Shown in pieces: positions 61,102 through 64,000 of a DNA stretch of 64,000 nucleotides. Where the stretch lies: positions 1-64,000 of the IMG/VR virus record IMGVR_UViG_3300043446_004155; one strand, given 5' to 3'. The translations under genes and the position numbers were made by a program. Position 1 is the stretch's first letter; each line of letters starts with the position of its first letter. Below the pieces are notes generated by a model. The model was not told the origin of the DNA, ran no database searches, and was given only the letters and a program-made list of their open reading frames with translations. This DNA comes from a virus.

Positions 61102-63387
61102 TCAACGGAAGAATAGTCCACCTGCTTCTGAGATACCCAACTCTGGAATGCTTAACGTACCAAATGGAGTTGGAAATTTCCATTTACTTCCCCGGCGACG
61201 AGCAGCTTCTGCCCGTGCCAACTGTGATTTAGCTGCTTGTTCGTCTGCTTTCTTATTTAATTTAGTTGAACCGCCTAGTTGCGAAACAACAGCAAGAGGA
61301 TTAGCAATACGAAGACCACCAGCAACTGCTGGAAGAACAGCAGCAGTTGTTGCAGGCGCTAAGCGTTGAGCAAGTCCTGCTCCTGCACCAATGACTGGAG
61401 CGGCCGCTGTTCCAATTGCATATTCGGTAGCAACTTGTTGAGCCGCTTTGCGAAGATTGCCGGTTTCAACAGCTTGCCTGAAGGCGGGATCAAATAATGG
61501 AACAGAACCTGCTAAATCAGTTGTAGTATTAAAACCAGTCCCTATAGCTTGAGAAATTTTTGGTAGAGCTTTGTTGTATACTTCTGCTTGTTTTGCTTTA
61601 GCAGCAATATCAAGTAAAAGATCAGAAGAATTAACACCAGCGCTTTCTAAAACGCGCACAGTGTCACTATCCATCTGAGGACGTTGAATTGTTCCTTGAG
61701 GATTTGCGCCTAAATTTGCGGGGTTAAGATACGTTCTACCGCCTTCTCTAAAATCCATTGGCGCGGCAGACGTAAAACCTCCCATGCCTACACCACGCGC
61801 TTTATCAATTGCAGATCTAATAGAATTATCCGCATAAGTTAAGGCGTCTTCAAAAAAGTCAGGATCACTAGGAGGTGTCCAGCTTCCAAGAAGTGAATTT
61901 GTTGCTCTTGTTACAGGAGGTCTTTGGGGAGTTGAGGGACGCTCTCCCAACGTGTCTTCTAAAATTTGGAAGTTTTTAGGATTAGCTTTAGCTAATGCTT
62001 CATAAACGCGTCGATCTCGCTGGAACTCAGGGGAGTCAATATCTAAACCCTGTTCTGCATAATTTTGACGAACAAAATTTATATAACCAGGGTCTGTTTC
62101 ACCCATTAGCTTTATCAAAGCATTCTTTTTAACATCCCATTCACCGCTTAATGCTCTTGCTTTAATTTGCTCAGGAGAGTTATAAGTAATTTGTTCTTGG
62201 GTTATTTTTTCTTTTAATGCAGGGACTGCGATTTCAGCAGCTTTATTGAGTTCTTGTTGCCACAAATTAGTGTCAACTGTAGGCACTAAAGGAGCATTCA
62301 TCAACGAAAGAGGATTGCCATATGGAATCCCACCAGTGTTGTATCCACCTGCAATTTGTTGTGTAATTACCCGTGGCGGCCCATATTCATTATTCATGAA
62401 TTGGTTAGCAGCCTCTGAGCGTATTGTTCTGCCTTGCCAGTTATCTTTATCAGACCACTCAACACTGCCTCCCCTCTTAAAAGCGTCCCAATTTGCCTGG
62501 ACCTGATCGTAAAATTCTTGCCCTCTTTGGGCCATTGTATTAAATTCTTCTTGACTGATTGGAGGACTCAAGAAAGAAGCAACATTATTTGCGTCCCTAA
62601 ACAAAGAACTTCCTTGTGCTGCACCACGTTGTTGCACAAGAGTACGTCCACTCATTCGTGCATTTCGCTTTGCATCTTCAATCCCTGCTTCATATGCAAG
62701 CGAAGGATCAGATGTAAATACCGGCGCTTGTTGAGTTAAATTTTCTAAGCCAATATTTTGAGCTGCCAGCGGTGTAGCACCAACATTTTCTGCAATCGTA
62801 ATAAGTTCCTCGCCACGCAACGTATTTCCAACGTTGGCAAAGTCATGCATTGCATCGTGTAGTTTTAGCTCATTACCATAAGCCCTTCCTGTTGCCGGAT
62901 TAATTACTGGCCCTGGATCTTGCCCCTCAAAATATTGATTAAGAAAACGTTTAGCTTTTTCTTGTACTGATTCAGTATCACGAATATTTACAGGTGGTTG
63001 TGTAAAATCAAACTCTCTGCCAAAAGGTTGATTTGAATTACTAGAAAATAAACCAGCTTCGTTTGGATTAACAGGAACTACTTTAGGATACAGCTCTTCC
63101 CAATCCGTAACAGGAAGACTACTTGCCGGACCAGAGTGAGGAACAATCTGTACGGCAGCGCCTGGTTTGTTAAAACGAATACCCTGACTTGTATCAACTG
63201 TTTTATCCCAAATTATATCGGATACATTACGAGTTGGGTATTGAGGTTGCGCAAGTCTTACTTGCTCTGTTTCGGCTGCTCGGTTATACAAACTTTGCAG
63301 ATCAGGAGAGAGAGGTTCGCCTGTTTTAGTTGAACGAAGAATTGCAGCGTTTAATTTTACGCGTTCTGCAGGAGTTAATTCCATCAA
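61102..63387 (-). CDS. Large Ala/Gln/Pro-rich protein with hydrophobic C-terminus and an HDxxHx11E motif
   Basis: 761-aa ORF; LHDAMHDFANVGNTLRGEE. Confidence 0.6.
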   Translation of the reverse strand: MMELTPAERVKLNAAILRSTKTGEPLSPDLQSLYNRAAETEQVRLAQPQYPTRNVSDIIWDKTVDTSQGIRFNKPGAAVQIVPHSGPASSLPVTDWEELYPKVVPVNPNEAGLFSSNSNQPFGREFDFTQPPVNIRDTESVQEKAKRFLNQYFEGQDPGPVINPATGRAYGNELKLHDAMHDFANVGNTLRGEELITIAENVGATPLAAQNIGLENLTQQAPVFTSDPSLAYEAGIEDAKRNARMSGRTLVQQRGAAQGSSLFRDANNVASFLSPPISQEEFNTMAQRGQEFYDQVQANWDAFKRGGSVEWSDKDNWQGRTIRSEAANQFMNNEYGPPRVITQQIAGGYNTGGIPYGNPLSLMNAPLVPTVDTNLWQQELNKAAEIAVPALKEKITQEQITYNSPEQIKARALSGEWDVKKNALIKLMGETDPGYINFVRQNYAEQGLDIDSPEFQRDRRVYEALAKANPKNFQILEDTLGERPSTPQRPPVTRATNSLLGSWTPPSDPDFFEDALTYADNSIRSAIDKARGVGMGGFTSAAPMDFREGGRTYLNPANLGANPQGTIQRPQMDSDTVRVLESAGVNSSDLLLDIAAKAKQAEVYNKALPKISQAIGTGFNTTTDLAGSVPLFDPAFRQAVETGNLRKAAQQVATEYAIGTAAAPVIGAGAGLAQRLAPATTAAVLPAVAGGLRIANPLAVVSQLGGSTKLNKKADEQAAKSQLARAEAARRRGSKWKFPTPFGTLSIPELGISEAGGLFFR

Positions 63388-63935
63388 CCGTTCCGCAATG
63401 TAGCTTTAACAAACCAAGCAGCCTTAAAGGCTTGACCACACAGCTCAGCCATGTAGTTTTGGATATCAATGGCACCCACCTTGGCAGCAACGGGCTCCAA
63501 CTTTTTGGTCTTCATGCCCAGCTCTTCCAGGTTTTTGTAGTACGTGGTGAGCTGATCGGTTCCCTTATAGCTGGTAACGTGTTGGATGCCAGGACCAGCA
63601 TCAGCCAGCCCCCTGGCGCACATAGGCATCAGGTAGTCCATGGACCTGATGAATTCCGACAAAGTATCGAACTGAGTTTGATGAGCCTCGTACTGATCTC
63701 CAAGGAAGGCATGCACCCCGAGGAAGTTCGACCCCTCGTAGTTCAGGTGAATGAGATGGGCTTGTGTCTGAAGTTCCTTGAGGTAGGAAGCCAGGGAGAT
63801 GCACTGCTGGATAAAAGCCCCGACATCACCATTCTTTGAACGGGCAGGACCTTTTGGTTTGGATTGAGGCTCTGGAACAGCTTGCATCGGCGCTGTTTCA
63901 GGAGCAGGAACTGTTTGAGGACCAGGAGTATACAT
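63384..63935 (-). CDS. dps: Dps/ferritin-like DNA-binding protein
   Basis: QAHLIHLNYEGSNFLGVHAFL..QYE...FDTLSEFIR...KAAWFV. Confidence 0.85.
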   Translation of the reverse strand: MYTPGPQTVPAPETAPMQAVPEPQSKPKGPARSKNGDVGAFIQQCISLASYLKELQTQAHLIHLNYEGSNFLGVHAFLGDQYEAHQTQFDTLSEFIRSMDYLMPMCARGLADAGPGIQHVTSYKGTDQLTTYYKNLEELGMKTKKLEPVAAKVGAIDIQNYMAELCGQAFKAAWFVKATLRNG

Positions 63936-64000
63936 GGTTTTTAATCAGTAATAGCAGTCTATCAAAGAGAAATTTCTTCCCAATCTAAAGCTGCATAGAC

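Overview
The window is about 64 kb of a tailed dsDNA phage genome. The host is almost certainly a cyanobacterium: it carries an NblA-like gene, a CP12-like peptide, cyanobacterial-type HNH and integrase-like genes, and a trnL-type group I intron. From memory, the gene set (SpeD, Dps, dCTP deaminase, prim-pol/D5 helicase, MCP starting MFIDNDFPK) resembles S-EIV1-like freshwater Synechococcus phages; I have not verified this by search. Layout: 1-3.2 kb holds small minus-strand early genes separated by structured RNA-like spacers. 3.2-4.0 kb is a palindrome-rich divergent junction. 4-13 kb holds Gly/Ala/Gln-rich putative internal or ejection proteins. 13.5-28 kb holds terminase, portal, scaffold, capsid and neck genes. 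28-35 kb holds regulatory, lysis and auxiliary genes. 35-44 kb holds tail fibres and lysis genes. 45-57 kb holds replication genes and GDP-sugar/glycosyltransferase genes. 58-64 kb holds candidate ncRNAs, tRNA-Pro and Dps. Most notable: (1) The major capsid gene is split after only 4 codons by an 824-nt group I intron. Its P1 loop holds an HNH endonuclease gene in antisense orientation, with a candidate promoter of its own. (2) Portal and scaffold share a 500-nt dual-coding overlap. (3) A 45-aa ORF missing from the supplied track keeps only the C-terminal half of CP12. (4) Repeated tRNA-like T-loop elements and switch-like hairpins lie between early genes. (5) Short helix motifs are shared among otherwise unrelated low-complexity proteins. 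All calls come from reading motifs by eye; no searches were run.
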